Virus record (IMG/VR): IMGVR_UViG_3300031703_000001
Span: 32,001 to 96,000 of that record
From: a virus
Length of the DNA stretch: 64,000 nucleotides
Strand: one strand, 5' to 3'
The notes beneath the pieces were generated by a model, which saw only the letters and a list, made by a program, of their open reading frames with translations, was not told the origin of the DNA and ran no database searches. Positions 9,740 through 19,787 of this stretch are shown piece by piece; position 1 is the first letter of the stretch, and every line of letters begins with the position of its first letter. The position numbers were made by a program, and so were the translations under genes.

Positions 9740-11008
9740 ATGGCACAAGTAAATTTAAACGTAACAGAATTAAAAGGTTTTGTAAACCACATCATTAAGA
9801 ACAACAGATACTTACAGGAAAGCGGAAAGAGCCCTGTATCAGTAGAAGTAGTTGGTGAATCAGGGATTGGTAAAACTTCAACTATTGTTGAGTTGGCTGA
9901 AGAAAACAAATTAAATTTTGTAAAGTTAAACTTAGCACAGATTGAAGAACTTGGAGATTTAGTAGGATTTCCTGTTAGACAATTCCAAATGTATAAAGAG
10001 ACAAAAGTTTCAACAAAAACAAATGATATATCCTATACAGCAGCACAAAGATCAGCTGCCTCATCAAGTCTAGCGGCTATGCCTCAAACAAAAACTAAAA
10101 AAGTTGGTTTGTGGGTTGATGAACTTGCAGTACAAGAATACCTAAAGAATGGGTATAAAATGTCAGGTAAGAACAGGATGTCATATTGTCCACCAGAGTG
10201 GATTGCAGATGCAAAAGATGGTGGTATTTTATTATTGGATGACTGGAATAGAGCTGATACAAGATTTATCCAAGCAGTAATGGAATTAATTGACCGTCAG
10301 ACTTACATCTCATGGAAATTACCAAAAGATTGGCATATCATCTTAACAGCAAATCCAGATAACGGAGACTATATGGTTAACAGTGTAGATAGTGCACAGA
10401 AAACTAGATATGTAACTGCTAATCTTAAGTTTGATGTAAACATCTGGGCAGAATGGGCTGAGTCAGCAGGGATTGATACTAGATGTATTAACTTCTTATT
10501 ACTTCACCCGGAGCTTGTAACACAGGAAACTAATGCAAGATCAATAACAACGTTCTTTAATTCAATCTCAAGTTTTGATAGTTTTGAAGAGAACTTATCA
10601 TTAATTCAAATGATTGGTGAAGGATCTGTTGGAGATGCATTTGCTTCTATGTTTACTACATTTATTAATAACAAACTTGATAAATTAGTTACACCAAAAG
10701 ATTTATTGACTCATGACAGTGAATCATATATCTTAGGAGAACTAAGAAGTTGTATTGGTAAAGATGATACATACCGTGCTGATATTGCAGCTACATTAGC
10801 AACACGTTTGGCTAATTACTCTGTAGTATATTCTAAGGAAAACACAGTTAGTCAGAAGATTACTGATAGATTAAAAGCACTTTGTACTAAAGATTACTTC
10901 ACAAATGATCTTAAGTATTTAGTTGTTAGAACAATATTTAGTGGAAATAAACAAAAGTTTAATAAACTAATGATGGTTCCTGAAATTATCAAAATGACAA
11001 TGAAATAG
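9740..11008 (+). CDS. MoxR-like AAA+ ATPase
   Basis: GESGIGKT, LLLDDWNRA, LTANP; adjacent to the vWA gene; start placed at ATG 9740. Confidence 0.88.
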   Translation: MAQVNLNVTELKGFVNHIIKNNRYLQESGKSPVSVEVVGESGIGKTSTIVELAEENKLNFVKLNLAQIEELGDLVGFPVRQFQMYKETKVSTKTNDISYTAAQRSAASSSLAAMPQTKTKKVGLWVDELAVQEYLKNGYKMSGKNRMSYCPPEWIADAKDGGILLLDDWNRADTRFIQAVMELIDRQTYISWKLPKDWHIILTANPDNGDYMVNSVDSAQKTRYVTANLKFDVNIWAEWAESAGIDTRCINFLLLHPELVTQETNARSITTFFNSISSFDSFEENLSLIQMIGEGSVGDAFASMFTTFINNKLDKLVTPKDLLTHDSESYILGELRSCIGKDDTYRADIAATLATRLANYSVVYSKENTVSQKITDRLKALCTKDYFTNDLKYLVVRTIFSGNKQKFNKLMMVPEIIKMTMK

Positions 11009-11019
11009 AATTTAAAATT

Positions 11020-12066
11020 ATGGCAAATAAATCAGTTTATCAAGATTTTGATACTGATGCATTAAACCACTATGGTCTAGCAGCAGCTCCTAAATTAGGA
11101 GTTGTTGTTGGTTCTATAGTAGAAGATGTATTGGTTACTCAAGATCAAACAACATTTGAAAAAATACAAAGGTCTCTATCAGTTCCAACTGAATCAGGGA
11201 CTACGTTTATAAATAAAAAGAAAGCATTCATTCTACCAAGATGTGACGTATCACAAGACAGGTTGAAAGCAGCTTTGAAAGAACATGGAATTGCTGTTAC
11301 AAATGATTATACTTTAGCAGATCTTATTGTAGGTCATGAAGATATATACAGAAGATTTGAGAACAGTGAGAATATCATGAGTTCAATAATGATGTCTAAA
11401 CTTTGGAACTATGAAACAACTAGTGGTGCAGGGGGAAGCAGTCTTCCTTTAAACACCATAATTGAAAATCATGGAAAAGTAATTGTAACTCATAAAATAA
11501 CTGAAAAGATCAGATACTATGATTTGAATATTGAAACTTCACTTTATGATGAATGGTTGATTACAGGATTGGCATTAAACTTAGCTTATCTAATTGATAC
11601 AACTGGAGGAGATATTTCAGTTATAGATCCTGAAACCGTATTGCATAGTTCTGCTAATAAGGTAGTTATGGATGAAGAACTTTTAAGTGATTTATCTAGA
11701 CAGCTTCAGGCATATGGAGATGATAATAAAGCAATGGCTGCTAAAATGATTCCATGTATTGATTACACTAAAAATTTTCATTTACTATGGAGGTTTGCAC
11801 AAGATAATGATGGCAATATGTACTCCTTTAATAGGGATAAAGATATTCAATATTGGTTATCAGTATCAAACTTTAATAAATTCACTAGACTATCTGCACA
11901 GGATATGATATTGTGGTTAGAAAAGAAAGAGTATTTGAATGCAGTATCATTTAGATATTTAGAGCCTATAGTTAGAAGAGAAATAAGCATACACAACAGA
12001 GATCTTTATACATTTAAAGTGGCTGTAAAAAAAGAATACCAACAATATTTAGGTACTAAAACTTAA
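11020..12066 (+). CDS. hypothetical protein with BRCT-like segment; paralogue of the next gene
   Basis: KKAFILPRCDVSQDRLKAALKEHGIAVTNDYTLADLIVG aligns by eye with the next ORF. Confidence 0.6.
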   Translation: MANKSVYQDFDTDALNHYGLAAAPKLGVVVGSIVEDVLVTQDQTTFEKIQRSLSVPTESGTTFINKKKAFILPRCDVSQDRLKAALKEHGIAVTNDYTLADLIVGHEDIYRRFENSENIMSSIMMSKLWNYETTSGAGGSSLPLNTIIENHGKVIVTHKITEKIRYYDLNIETSLYDEWLITGLALNLAYLIDTTGGDISVIDPETVLHSSANKVVMDEELLSDLSRQLQAYGDDNKAMAAKMIPCIDYTKNFHLLWRFAQDNDGNMYSFNRDKDIQYWLSVSNFNKFTRLSAQDMILWLEKKEYLNAVSFRYLEPIVRREISIHNRDLYTFKVAVKKEYQQYLGTKT

Positions 12067-12070
12067 AACA

Positions 12071-13234
12071 ATGAAAAAAAGATATCAAGTAAACTGGAAC
12101 CAATCAGAAGAAAATGTCACAATAGTGAATGGTAAATGTAAATTAAAAGCATCAGCGTTTGATGTTCTATCTGCAGGTACATGGGTTGGGCATAGTAATG
12201 ATTATGCTATAACAAAAGCAGATAAAGTAAGAATTGGTGTTGATTTTAAAACACCAGATACATTTACAATACAGGATAAAACCATATATAGATTTCCTAA
12301 GTTGGATTTACCTAGACAAAAGGTGGATTTACTTAAAGAAAAATACAATGTCAAAGTAATTAGAGACCCAAATAAAGCAGATATTCATGTAATTTCAGAT
12401 AAGTTATTTGATAGCATATTTGATTACAATTGGCAAACATCATCAACGTTTCTACACTTCTTTAAGGTATTAAAAAAACTAAAAGAAGATGATCACCTAA
12501 CTGTAGGTGCATTAGAAAAAGTTAAAGATATAATGGAAACTGTTGGTGTAGACTCAATGGTTAAATTAGAAAATAAGTATAGTTATAGACACAACAGTTA
12601 TTCCAATCCAGATGCAACTTCTATATTTTTAGATATTATAAATGGATTATGGTTAAATGAAGAAGTTAATATGAATAAGGACATCATCATTGATGATAAA
12701 AATATTCAAGATTTCTTAGACATTAAAAACAGTAGTGCTACAGTTCTTTATGATACTGATGTTATAGGTATTATAGATGGCCAACTTGCTGTAATTGATA
12801 ATGTAGAGTATGAAGGTATCCGCAAAATGATAGTTAGTAATGATAAAGACAATAGGTCATTAGCATTAGAAATGCTAGCAAATTGTAATGTGGATAAATC
12901 ATATGATGTAGTCTCAAGTATTTTTTACTGGGAATACAACTGGCTAAAAGATACCAATAACTGGAATAGTGTAAATGTTAAAGCATTAAGAAAAAGACTA
13001 AAGGAATACCAAGGTGGACCTTGTACTTCTAATATATATGCTTATAATAAATACATTAATAATTTGGTTAAAGATGATAAATTAACTGAATATGCAGTAA
13101 ATGAAACAAGAAAGAAACTGTATCATGAAGTTTTAGGAAACCTTGTTGGTACTACTGCAGATGTTTTTGAAGTAAAATTTGAGAACTTGGAATTAAAAGA
13201 AAAATTAATACAAAAAATAAAAACAGATGAATAG
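12071..13234 (+). CDS. hypothetical protein with BRCT-like segment; paralogue of the previous gene
   Basis: KTIYRFPKLDLPRQKVDLLKEKYNVKVIRDPNKADIHVIS. Confidence 0.6.
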   Translation: MKKRYQVNWNQSEENVTIVNGKCKLKASAFDVLSAGTWVGHSNDYAITKADKVRIGVDFKTPDTFTIQDKTIYRFPKLDLPRQKVDLLKEKYNVKVIRDPNKADIHVISDKLFDSIFDYNWQTSSTFLHFFKVLKKLKEDDHLTVGALEKVKDIMETVGVDSMVKLENKYSYRHNSYSNPDATSIFLDIINGLWLNEEVNMNKDIIIDDKNIQDFLDIKNSSATVLYDTDVIGIIDGQLAVIDNVEYEGIRKMIVSNDKDNRSLALEMLANCNVDKSYDVVSSIFYWEYNWLKDTNNWNSVNVKALRKRLKEYQGGPCTSNIYAYNKYINNLVKDDKLTEYAVNETRKKLYHEVLGNLVGTTADVFEVKFENLELKEKLIQKIKTDE

Positions 13235-14213
13235 AGACTTAGAGAAAGAAAGGATATTTTATGCAAAAAAAGGTTTTTGCTTTAGTTACTCCTCACTAAA
13301 CAAATTATTATTTTCACCATCCTTATTTTATAAGGAATATATTATGTTTGACCGTGAGGTTAGAACAGACACCCACCTTGTTGAAGGTAAACTTGTGCAT
13401 TGCTTATTGTTTGAACCAGAAAAGGTATTGGAGAAATTCAATCTTGTTCCTGGTAGAGCACCAAGTGATAATATCAAAAAAGTAATGAAAGATATGTCTC
13501 TCTTTACTGATGCAGAATCATTAGCTGATTGTTCAGAACAAGCTCTTGAATCATTAAAAACTTTAAATCTTTTCCAGTCTCTTAAAACAGATGAGCAAAG
13601 AATTAAAAAAGTTATTACTGAAGATAATGAACCATATTGGAGTTTCTTAAGTAACACTAACGTTGATGTTGTAGATCATGATACTATGAATAAATGTTTA
13701 GATAAAGTGGAAACACTTAAATCAAACAAAGATGTTATGGATCTGTTTAAACAACAGGAGACAGACTTTGAGTTAGATCCAATTGAAACACATGCTGAAA
13801 AATATTTGAAGTCTGAAGTATCAGAAAACAATTTTGGTCTTCATGGTTACATTGATTACTATAAAATAGACCATGATAAAATGGAGGTCACAATATGTGA
13901 TCTTAAAACTACTGGTAAAACTATTTCTGATTTCCGTGAGACCATTGACTTTTATAATTATTGGTTGCAAGCAGCCATATATGCTAAATTAGTTTATGAT
14001 ACTCTTGGAGAAAAGGCTGAAGAATACACAATAGTATTTAAGTTTGTTGTTATTGATAAATACCAACAGGTGTATGTTTTTGATGTTACTGAAGATACTT
14101 TAGCAGGATGGGCTGATGGCCTTGAAGGTGTTATTAAAGTAGCTGCACATCATTATGATGAGAAAAACTATCAATTACCATATGACTTTCTGGTAGGAAA
14201 CATTAAGTTATAG
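13227..14213 (+). CDS. PD-(D/E)XK exonuclease (RecE/ExoVIII-like)
   Basis: FSYSSL, GKLVH, GYID...CDLKTT, YWLQAAIY. Confidence 0.85.
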   Translation: MNRDLEKERIFYAKKGFCFSYSSLNKLLFSPSLFYKEYIMFDREVRTDTHLVEGKLVHCLLFEPEKVLEKFNLVPGRAPSDNIKKVMKDMSLFTDAESLADCSEQALESLKTLNLFQSLKTDEQRIKKVITEDNEPYWSFLSNTNVDVVDHDTMNKCLDKVETLKSNKDVMDLFKQQETDFELDPIETHAEKYLKSEVSENNFGLHGYIDYYKIDHDKMEVTICDLKTTGKTISDFRETIDFYNYWLQAAIYAKLVYDTLGEKAEEYTIVFKFVVIDKYQQVYVFDVTEDTLAGWADGLEGVIKVAAHHYDEKNYQLPYDFLVGNIKL

Positions 14214-14214
14214 T

Positions 14215-14793
14215 ATGGACAATGTATATACAGACTATTTCCAAAAGAGTAAGGTTTTTCTTTACCCTCTGTTAAAACTTAAAAAAGGTATCACTTATGT
14301 TCCTGTGCAAACTTATGTTTGTTGGGAGCATGAGTATGCTATTGAGGATCACAAATTATTATGTGAGTATCATGTTAAGTCTTCAGATAAGTTTGTAGCA
14401 TTCTGTAATAAATATTTAAAAAGTAACAAACTCTTTTATAAATACATAGACCTTGGAGAAAACAAGCATCTATTTATATTTGACTTTAAACCTTATAAAA
14501 ATGACTTTAACAGATTTGCACTTGGTAAATTTTCTCAATTCAGTTTAGAATCCAAAATAGTAATATTGGATTTTTTCAATGCTTCAGGAAATATGTTAGG
14601 TTATATAACATCATTCCTATCTCCAGATAATGCACATGCTGATTATGCTGCTGCTTTTAATGTAGATATAGAAAGTATACAGGAAGTTTATGAAGTATGC
14701 AGTGTACCAAACTTAAAAAAAGAAACCTTTCAAGATAATAATCATCTATTAGATTGTTTATTAAATAAGAACTCCATATCTTTGGAGAAATAA
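14215..14793 (+). CDS. hypothetical protein
   Basis: 192-aa ORF in operon. Confidence 0.75.
   Translation: MDNVYTDYFQKSKVFLYPLLKLKKGITYVPVQTYVCWEHEYAIEDHKLLCEYHVKSSDKFVAFCNKYLKSNKLFYKYIDLGENKHLFIFDFKPYKNDFNRFALGKFSQFSLESKIVILDFFNASGNMLGYITSFLSPDNAHADYAAAFNVDIESIQEVYEVCSVPNLKKETFQDNNHLLDCLLNKNSISLEK
14777..14784 (+). promoter_or_regulatory. Bacteroidetes sigma-A -7 element (TAnnTTTG)
   Basis: TATCTTTG about 20 nt upstream of ATG 14804. Confidence 0.45.
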
Positions 14794-14803
14794 AAAACTA
14801 AAT

Positions 14804-15220
14804 ATGTCACAACAAATTGGACAAAACATGATGTTAGTTAACTCTAGCTTCAGAAACGCAAAATCATTTACATTAATACCAGTGAGTGCGGACTCACCAT
14901 ATGTAGAAGCTATGTTTGACCCTGCGTCAAGCATCTTAGCTGTAATCAGTAAAGTAATGAAGCAATCATACCATATGGTTGCAAAACTTGATGATGAAGG
15001 ACAGCCAATGAAATTAAAGAACCCAAATCCTCAAACTGGTAAAACAGTTAAAGAAGAAAGAAGGTTAGTTGATACATTCTCTGAATTCTATTTAAGTGAT
15101 GTTAAGGACATTGAAACGTTTATTCATATGTTTGCAGTAAATGCTGAACATTTTGACTATAAATCTTTCTTTGCTGAGGTAAAAGAGACAAAAGTTTCTA
15201 ACCTTATAATGCCAAGTTAA
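14804..15220 (+). CDS. hypothetical protein
   Basis: 138-aa ORF. Confidence 0.75.
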   Translation: MSQQIGQNMMLVNSSFRNAKSFTLIPVSADSPYVEAMFDPASSILAVISKVMKQSYHMVAKLDDEGQPMKLKNPNPQTGKTVKEERRLVDTFSEFYLSDVKDIETFIHMFAVNAEHFDYKSFFAEVKETKVSNLIMPS

Positions 15221-15233
15221 AAAATCTAACAGT

Positions 15234-15274
15234 ACCTTAAACGCTACCCCTCTGAACAGCGTCCCAGTTAAGGT
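15234..15274 (+). ncRNA. candidate structured RNA element
   Basis: Nested stems ACCTTAA/TTAAGGT and ACGCT/AGCGT with a C-rich loop and a CCCAG bulge; GC-rich island in an AT-rich intergenic region. Confidence 0.35.
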
Positions 15275-15281
15275 CTTTTAT

Positions 15282-15311
15282 AAAAGGGCACAGTAAAATG
15301 TGCCTTTTTTT
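15282..15311 (+). terminator. intrinsic terminator
   Basis: AAAAGGGCACA-GTAAAA-TGTGCCTTTTTTT. Confidence 0.8.
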
Positions 15312-15352
15312 GGCTCTAAAAACTTCAAGATGATAAATAACATGATAACAAT

Positions 15353-17350
15353 ATGCCCATGAAACATTGGGTAATGGATTATGAAACTTTAAAAAATTGT
15401 TTTACAGGTGTATTTGAACATTACAAAACTCAGGAAACTGAAATATTTGTAATTCATGATCTGCAGAATGATTTGGAGAAGTTCATTAATTTCCTAGAAA
15501 ATAATATAAAAAACAAAGAGTGGCATATATCCTACAATGGATTAGCATTTGATGCGCAGGTCACTCACTATATAATAGACAATTGTGTCTTATGGAAGAA
15601 CTTAGATGGATGTGAAATAGCCAATATTATTTATAACTATGCACAAAAGTGTATCATAAAGTCTAATAACAAAGAGTTTAGTGATTATCCACAGTGGAAA
15701 ATGAAAATGGGCCAAATTGATGTATTTAAAATGCACCATTGGGATAACCCTGCTAAACGTTCAAGTCTAAAATGGATTCAGTATAGTATGGATTGGCAAA
15801 ACATTATTGATATGCCTATTCATCATGAAACTGAAATACATACGCAAGCAGAGATAGATCTTATATTAGAATACTGTGTTAATGACGTAAGGTCAACAAA
15901 GGAAATCTATAACAGATCTAAATCACAGATAAAATTAAGAAAAGAACTTACTAAAGAATATGGCATTGATTTATTTAGTGCATCTGAACCTAGAATAAGT
16001 AAAGAAATATTTGGTTACTTTTTAACTAAAAAACTTAACATACCAAAGAGAGATCTCAAGCAAATGAGAACTCACAGAGATATAATTAAAGTTAAGGATA
16101 TATTATTACCTTATATTAAATTTACTTCACCTGAGTTTAATGTGTTACTTGATAGGTTTAAAGCTATAGAAGTTGATGCAATGAATCTTAAAGGTAGCTT
16201 TAAGTACAACATCCTGTACAAGAATGTGAATACACATTTTGGTTTAGGTGGTGTGCACGGTGCTGCTAGCAAAGGTGTTTATGAACCGGATGATGATATG
16301 ATGATTATGTCATCTGATGTTACCAGTTTTTATCCTAATCTTGCTATAAAGAACAAGTGGTCTCCAGGACATTTCCCAAAGGAAGAATTCTGTGACCAGT
16401 ATGAATGGTTTTTTGAAGAGCGTAAGAAGATCCCTAAGAGCAATCCAATGAATTATGTATATAAGATTATACTTAACTCTACTTTTGGCCTTAGTAATGA
16501 TGTGAATAGCTTCTTTTATGACCCAGAGCTTTGTATGAGGATTACAATTAATGGTCAACTTACCTTAATGATGCTTTATGAGCAAATTATGGAAAGAATA
16601 CCGGGTGCAATTCCTTTATTACAGAACACGGATGGTGTTGAGACCATTATACCAAAGGCTTATTATGATGAGTACATGAAGATATGTGAGGAATGGCAAG
16701 AAATTACCAATCTAAACTTAGAACATGATGAATATCAGAAATTAATTTTAGGTGATGTCAACAACTACATAGGAATAAACAAATATGTGGAAGTAGATAT
16801 TACAAAATGGAGAGATATAAAAGATGCTAATCCTCACTACCTGTTTAAGGTTGAGAATGATAAGTTTAGTTTTGCTCCAGTAAAGTTAAAAGGCAGGTTT
16901 AATTTTCATGATTTGCAATTACACAAGAATAAATCTAAATTGATTATACCCAAAGCAATTTACCAGTACTTTGTACATAATATACTTCCAGAAGAATATA
17001 TTAATACAAACAAGAATATATTGGACTATTGTATTGGTGGTAAATCTAAAGGAAGATGGAAGCAAGTGGCCAGGTATATTAATCAAGGGGCTTATACTGA
17101 AGATGATCTACAAAAGATTAATAGATATTATATATCTAAATCCGGAGTTAAAATTGTTAAAGTAAACAAAGATGATCAAAGGGAAATTCAATTGGAAGCA
17201 GGTCGTTGGTTACAGGTTGTATTTAATGATATGCAAATTAAACCAAAGTGGGAAGACTATAACATTGATAAAAAGTACTATCTTGACTCTATAGAAGAAG
17301 AAATAAATAGTATTATTAATGTATCATCTAATCAATTAAAACTTTTTTAA
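15353..17350 (+). CDS. polB: family B DNA polymerase
   Basis: Exo DYET, YNGLAFD, YCVND; polymerase DVTSFYPN, KIILNSTFG, NTDG. Confidence 0.93.
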   Translation: MPMKHWVMDYETLKNCFTGVFEHYKTQETEIFVIHDLQNDLEKFINFLENNIKNKEWHISYNGLAFDAQVTHYIIDNCVLWKNLDGCEIANIIYNYAQKCIIKSNNKEFSDYPQWKMKMGQIDVFKMHHWDNPAKRSSLKWIQYSMDWQNIIDMPIHHETEIHTQAEIDLILEYCVNDVRSTKEIYNRSKSQIKLRKELTKEYGIDLFSASEPRISKEIFGYFLTKKLNIPKRDLKQMRTHRDIIKVKDILLPYIKFTSPEFNVLLDRFKAIEVDAMNLKGSFKYNILYKNVNTHFGLGGVHGAASKGVYEPDDDMMIMSSDVTSFYPNLAIKNKWSPGHFPKEEFCDQYEWFFEERKKIPKSNPMNYVYKIILNSTFGLSNDVNSFFYDPELCMRITINGQLTLMMLYEQIMERIPGAIPLLQNTDGVETIIPKAYYDEYMKICEEWQEITNLNLEHDEYQKLILGDVNNYIGINKYVEVDITKWRDIKDANPHYLFKVENDKFSFAPVKLKGRFNFHDLQLHKNKSKLIIPKAIYQYFVHNILPEEYINTNKNILDYCIGGKSKGRWKQVARYINQGAYTEDDLQKINRYYISKSGVKIVKVNKDDQREIQLEAGRWLQVVFNDMQIKPKWEDYNIDKKYYLDSIEEEINSIINVSSNQLKLF

Positions 17351-18006
17351 TGGAAAACACAAGTAAAAAGACCCCCAAAGGGGCCATAAAGTTTACAATA
17401 ACTTTGTCAGAAGAGCAGAAAGATGCCAAAACTCAAATACTGAAGCATCCTTTTAATTTTATAGTTGGTAAAGCCGGTAGTGGTAAAACACTACTTGCCG
17501 TCCAAGTAGGTCTGGATCAGTTTTTTAAAAGAAACTTTGATAAGATAATTATTACTAGACCAACTATATCTACAGAAGACAATGGATTCTTACCGGGGTC
17601 AGAGAAGGAGAAAATGGAACCATGGTTAGTACCCATTAGATCTAATATGAGAAAGGTTTATAACAAACCACCTGTATTAGAAAGAATGGAGACTAATGAA
17701 GAAATTGAATTGGTTTCTTTAGCACACTTCCGTGGTAGAACATTTAACAATTCTATAGTTATTATAGATGAGTTTCAAAATCTTACCAGAGCCCAACTGG
17801 CAATGGTATTAGGAAGACTAGGTAAAAATTCAATAATGATGTTATGTGGTGATAATCAACAGATTGACTTAAAGGATAGAAACTATTCAGCAATACATGA
17901 AGTTGCCAAGATAATTGGTTCAAAGTATGTGAATAAAGTAATCCTGCAAGATAATCACCGTCATGAATCTCTTATTGAGGTATTAGAACTATTAGCAACA
18001 AACTAA
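17350..18006 (+). CDS. phoH: PhoH-like ATPase
   Basis: GKAGSGKT, IITRP, GFLPG, RGRTF, IDEFQN, GDNQQID. Confidence 0.93.
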   Translation: MENTSKKTPKGAIKFTITLSEEQKDAKTQILKHPFNFIVGKAGSGKTLLAVQVGLDQFFKRNFDKIIITRPTISTEDNGFLPGSEKEKMEPWLVPIRSNMRKVYNKPPVLERMETNEEIELVSLAHFRGRTFNNSIVIIDEFQNLTRAQLAMVLGRLGKNSIMMLCGDNQQIDLKDRNYSAIHEVAKIIGSKYVNKVILQDNHRHESLIEVLELLATN

Positions 18007-18008
18007 AA

Positions 18009-18374
18009 ATGGAAAATAAATGTACAACAGTAGAGATCTCTAAACAAGATCAAATAAATGAAGACTTTTTTAAAGTAATCCATAATACATTGGGTGAACT
18101 AAAAGATTTACTTCTTGTAAAAGGCAAGGAGTATGTGAGAAATAATGATGTATATCATAACTTCAATCAAGGTGCCATAATGAAAGGTACTACACCTGAG
18201 AAAGCCTTGGATGGTTTTCTTTTAAAACATGAAGTGTCTATAAATGATATGACCAATGATCTGGATGATGGCATACTGCCTTCTAAAGATAAAGTCATAG
18301 AGAAGTTTAATGATAACATGATCTACTTACTTATTAAGAAAGCAATGATATTAAATAGGATTAAAAATGAGTAA
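18009..18374 (+). CDS. helical nucleotide-metabolism-associated protein (DUF1599/Nmad-like, tentative)
   Basis: KGKEY...HNF...KH...D.MIYL pattern; lies between phoH and the MazG-like gene. Confidence 0.4.
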   Translation: MENKCTTVEISKQDQINEDFFKVIHNTLGELKDLLLVKGKEYVRNNDVYHNFNQGAIMKGTTPEKALDGFLLKHEVSINDMTNDLDDGILPSKDKVIEKFNDNMIYLLIKKAMILNRIKNE

Positions 18375-18690
18375 AAAAATGGATTATTTTGAATTAGAAT
18401 GTGCCGTTGAAGAATGGGCACATGAAAAAGGGATTATGGCTAAGGCCAGTCCTATGGCACAAGCCTTAAAAACAATGGAAGAGTGCACGGAGCTCTGTAC
18501 AGCAATTAACAATAAAGACCGGGAAGAAATTGTAGATGCAATGGGTGATATAATGGTAACATTAATCATACAAGCAAAAATGCAAAACGTTTCTTTGGAG
18601 TCTTGTTTAGAATCAGCTTATCATATTATAAGCAAAAGGACTGGTAGAATGATTAGAGGACAATTTGTAAAAGATCCAACAATACTTTGA
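18367..18690 (+). CDS. MazG-like nucleotide pyrophosphohydrolase
   Basis: KTMEECTEL...DAMGDIMVTL...KRTGRMIRGQFVK. Confidence 0.85.
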   Translation: MSKKMDYFELECAVEEWAHEKGIMAKASPMAQALKTMEECTELCTAINNKDREEIVDAMGDIMVTLIIQAKMQNVSLESCLESAYHIISKRTGRMIRGQFVKDPTIL

Positions 18691-18736
18691 TAAACTAATT
18701 ATATTTACTACCTTTACACATTAAAAGTTTAAACAT

Positions 18737-19660
18737 ATGCGCTATAAAAAAGCAACAGAAACAACAAAAACTTACTTAGAGAATGCCACCTTACCTAGCC
18801 ATGGTAAGAGTTATACAGTTATATCACACAAACAAGTGATAGATAACACAAAAATTTTATTGGAGGATAGTGGATTTACTATCCGTAAAGAAATATATAG
18901 AGCAAACATGAATGCCCAAGTAGCACAGGGTATATATCATATTTATCCTTCTCAGTCTCAAGATGACGTAATAGCAGGAGAGAAAGAACTAGGAATGATG
19001 TTTGCCTGGACAAACTCTTATGACAAGAGTACAAGATTCCAATGCGCTATTGGAGCATACGTTATGGTATGTGATAATGGTATGGTAGCCGGAGACATGA
19101 TGAATTTCAAAAGAAAACATACTGGATCAGCAGGCCATGATATGGTTGTACAATTAAGTAACCAAATTAAAAATGGTGAAAAACATTATACACGCATATT
19201 AGCAGACAGGGATTCATTAAAAGGTACAATATTGAACAAACGTAAACAATCTGAATTACTAGGAAGACTGTTTGCAGATGATGAAATTATTACCGCAACT
19301 CAAGTTACGTGTATCAAGAAAGAAATGAATAAACCATCTTATGATTATGATTGTAATGATGACAATGCATGGGCTTTCTATAATCACGTAACACATTCAC
19401 TAAAAATGTCCCCACCAAGAGATTGGATGCAGGACAGCCAAAACTTTCATGACTTTATGATGACAGAAGTATTATCAAACGCAGCAGGATCACAATCAAG
19501 TGACGTAGACTTTAGTAATTTGCAAACTACAATAGATGAAAATTTTGATACCAGTGAGGTACAAGATATAATCTTGGAATCAAGTGGAGCAATAGAAATA
19601 GATGAGGATATTACACCTCTTCAATTAGCATATGAAACATATACAGCACATAATTGGTAA
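18737..19660 (+). CDS. DUF932-family protein
   Basis: YTVISH, NSYDKS, VMVCDNGM, RKHT, NAWAFYNHVT. Confidence 0.75.
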   Translation: MRYKKATETTKTYLENATLPSHGKSYTVISHKQVIDNTKILLEDSGFTIRKEIYRANMNAQVAQGIYHIYPSQSQDDVIAGEKELGMMFAWTNSYDKSTRFQCAIGAYVMVCDNGMVAGDMMNFKRKHTGSAGHDMVVQLSNQIKNGEKHYTRILADRDSLKGTILNKRKQSELLGRLFADDEIITATQVTCIKKEMNKPSYDYDCNDDNAWAFYNHVTHSLKMSPPRDWMQDSQNFHDFMMTEVLSNAAGSQSSDVDFSNLQTTIDENFDTSEVQDIILESSGAIEIDEDITPLQLAYETYTAHNW

Positions 19661-19695
19661 CAATACTACAAATATTGGCTCTGATTGGTTGTATC

Positions 19696-19703
19696 TACAT
19701 TTG
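19696..19703 (+). promoter_or_regulatory. Bacteroidetes -7 element upstream of groEL
   Basis: TACATTTG in the intergenic region, followed by a long hairpin leader. Confidence 0.4.
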
Positions 19704-19717
19704 TACTAAAAACAAAT

Positions 19718-19787
19718 TAGGAAACTAAAAAGTAAAAGACTGGGGGAATTAATAGTTCCTCTGGTTACTTTTACATAAGTTTTCCTA
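19718..19787 (+). promoter_or_regulatory. long imperfect hairpin (terminator or structured 5' UTR)
   Basis: TAGGAAACT/AGTTTTCCTA, AAAAGTAA/TTACTTTT and ACTGGGGGAATT/AGTTCCTCTGGT nested arms. Confidence 0.55.

Noticed and set aside
19655-19729. Possible 24-aa TTG-start membrane peptide, or a groES remnant, before groEL
   Set aside because: Too short, weak start, no GroES similarity, and it overlaps the promoter and hairpin.
19718-19787. CIRCE operator upstream of groEL
   Set aside because: The inverted repeat does not match TTAGCACTC-N9-GAGTGCTAA.
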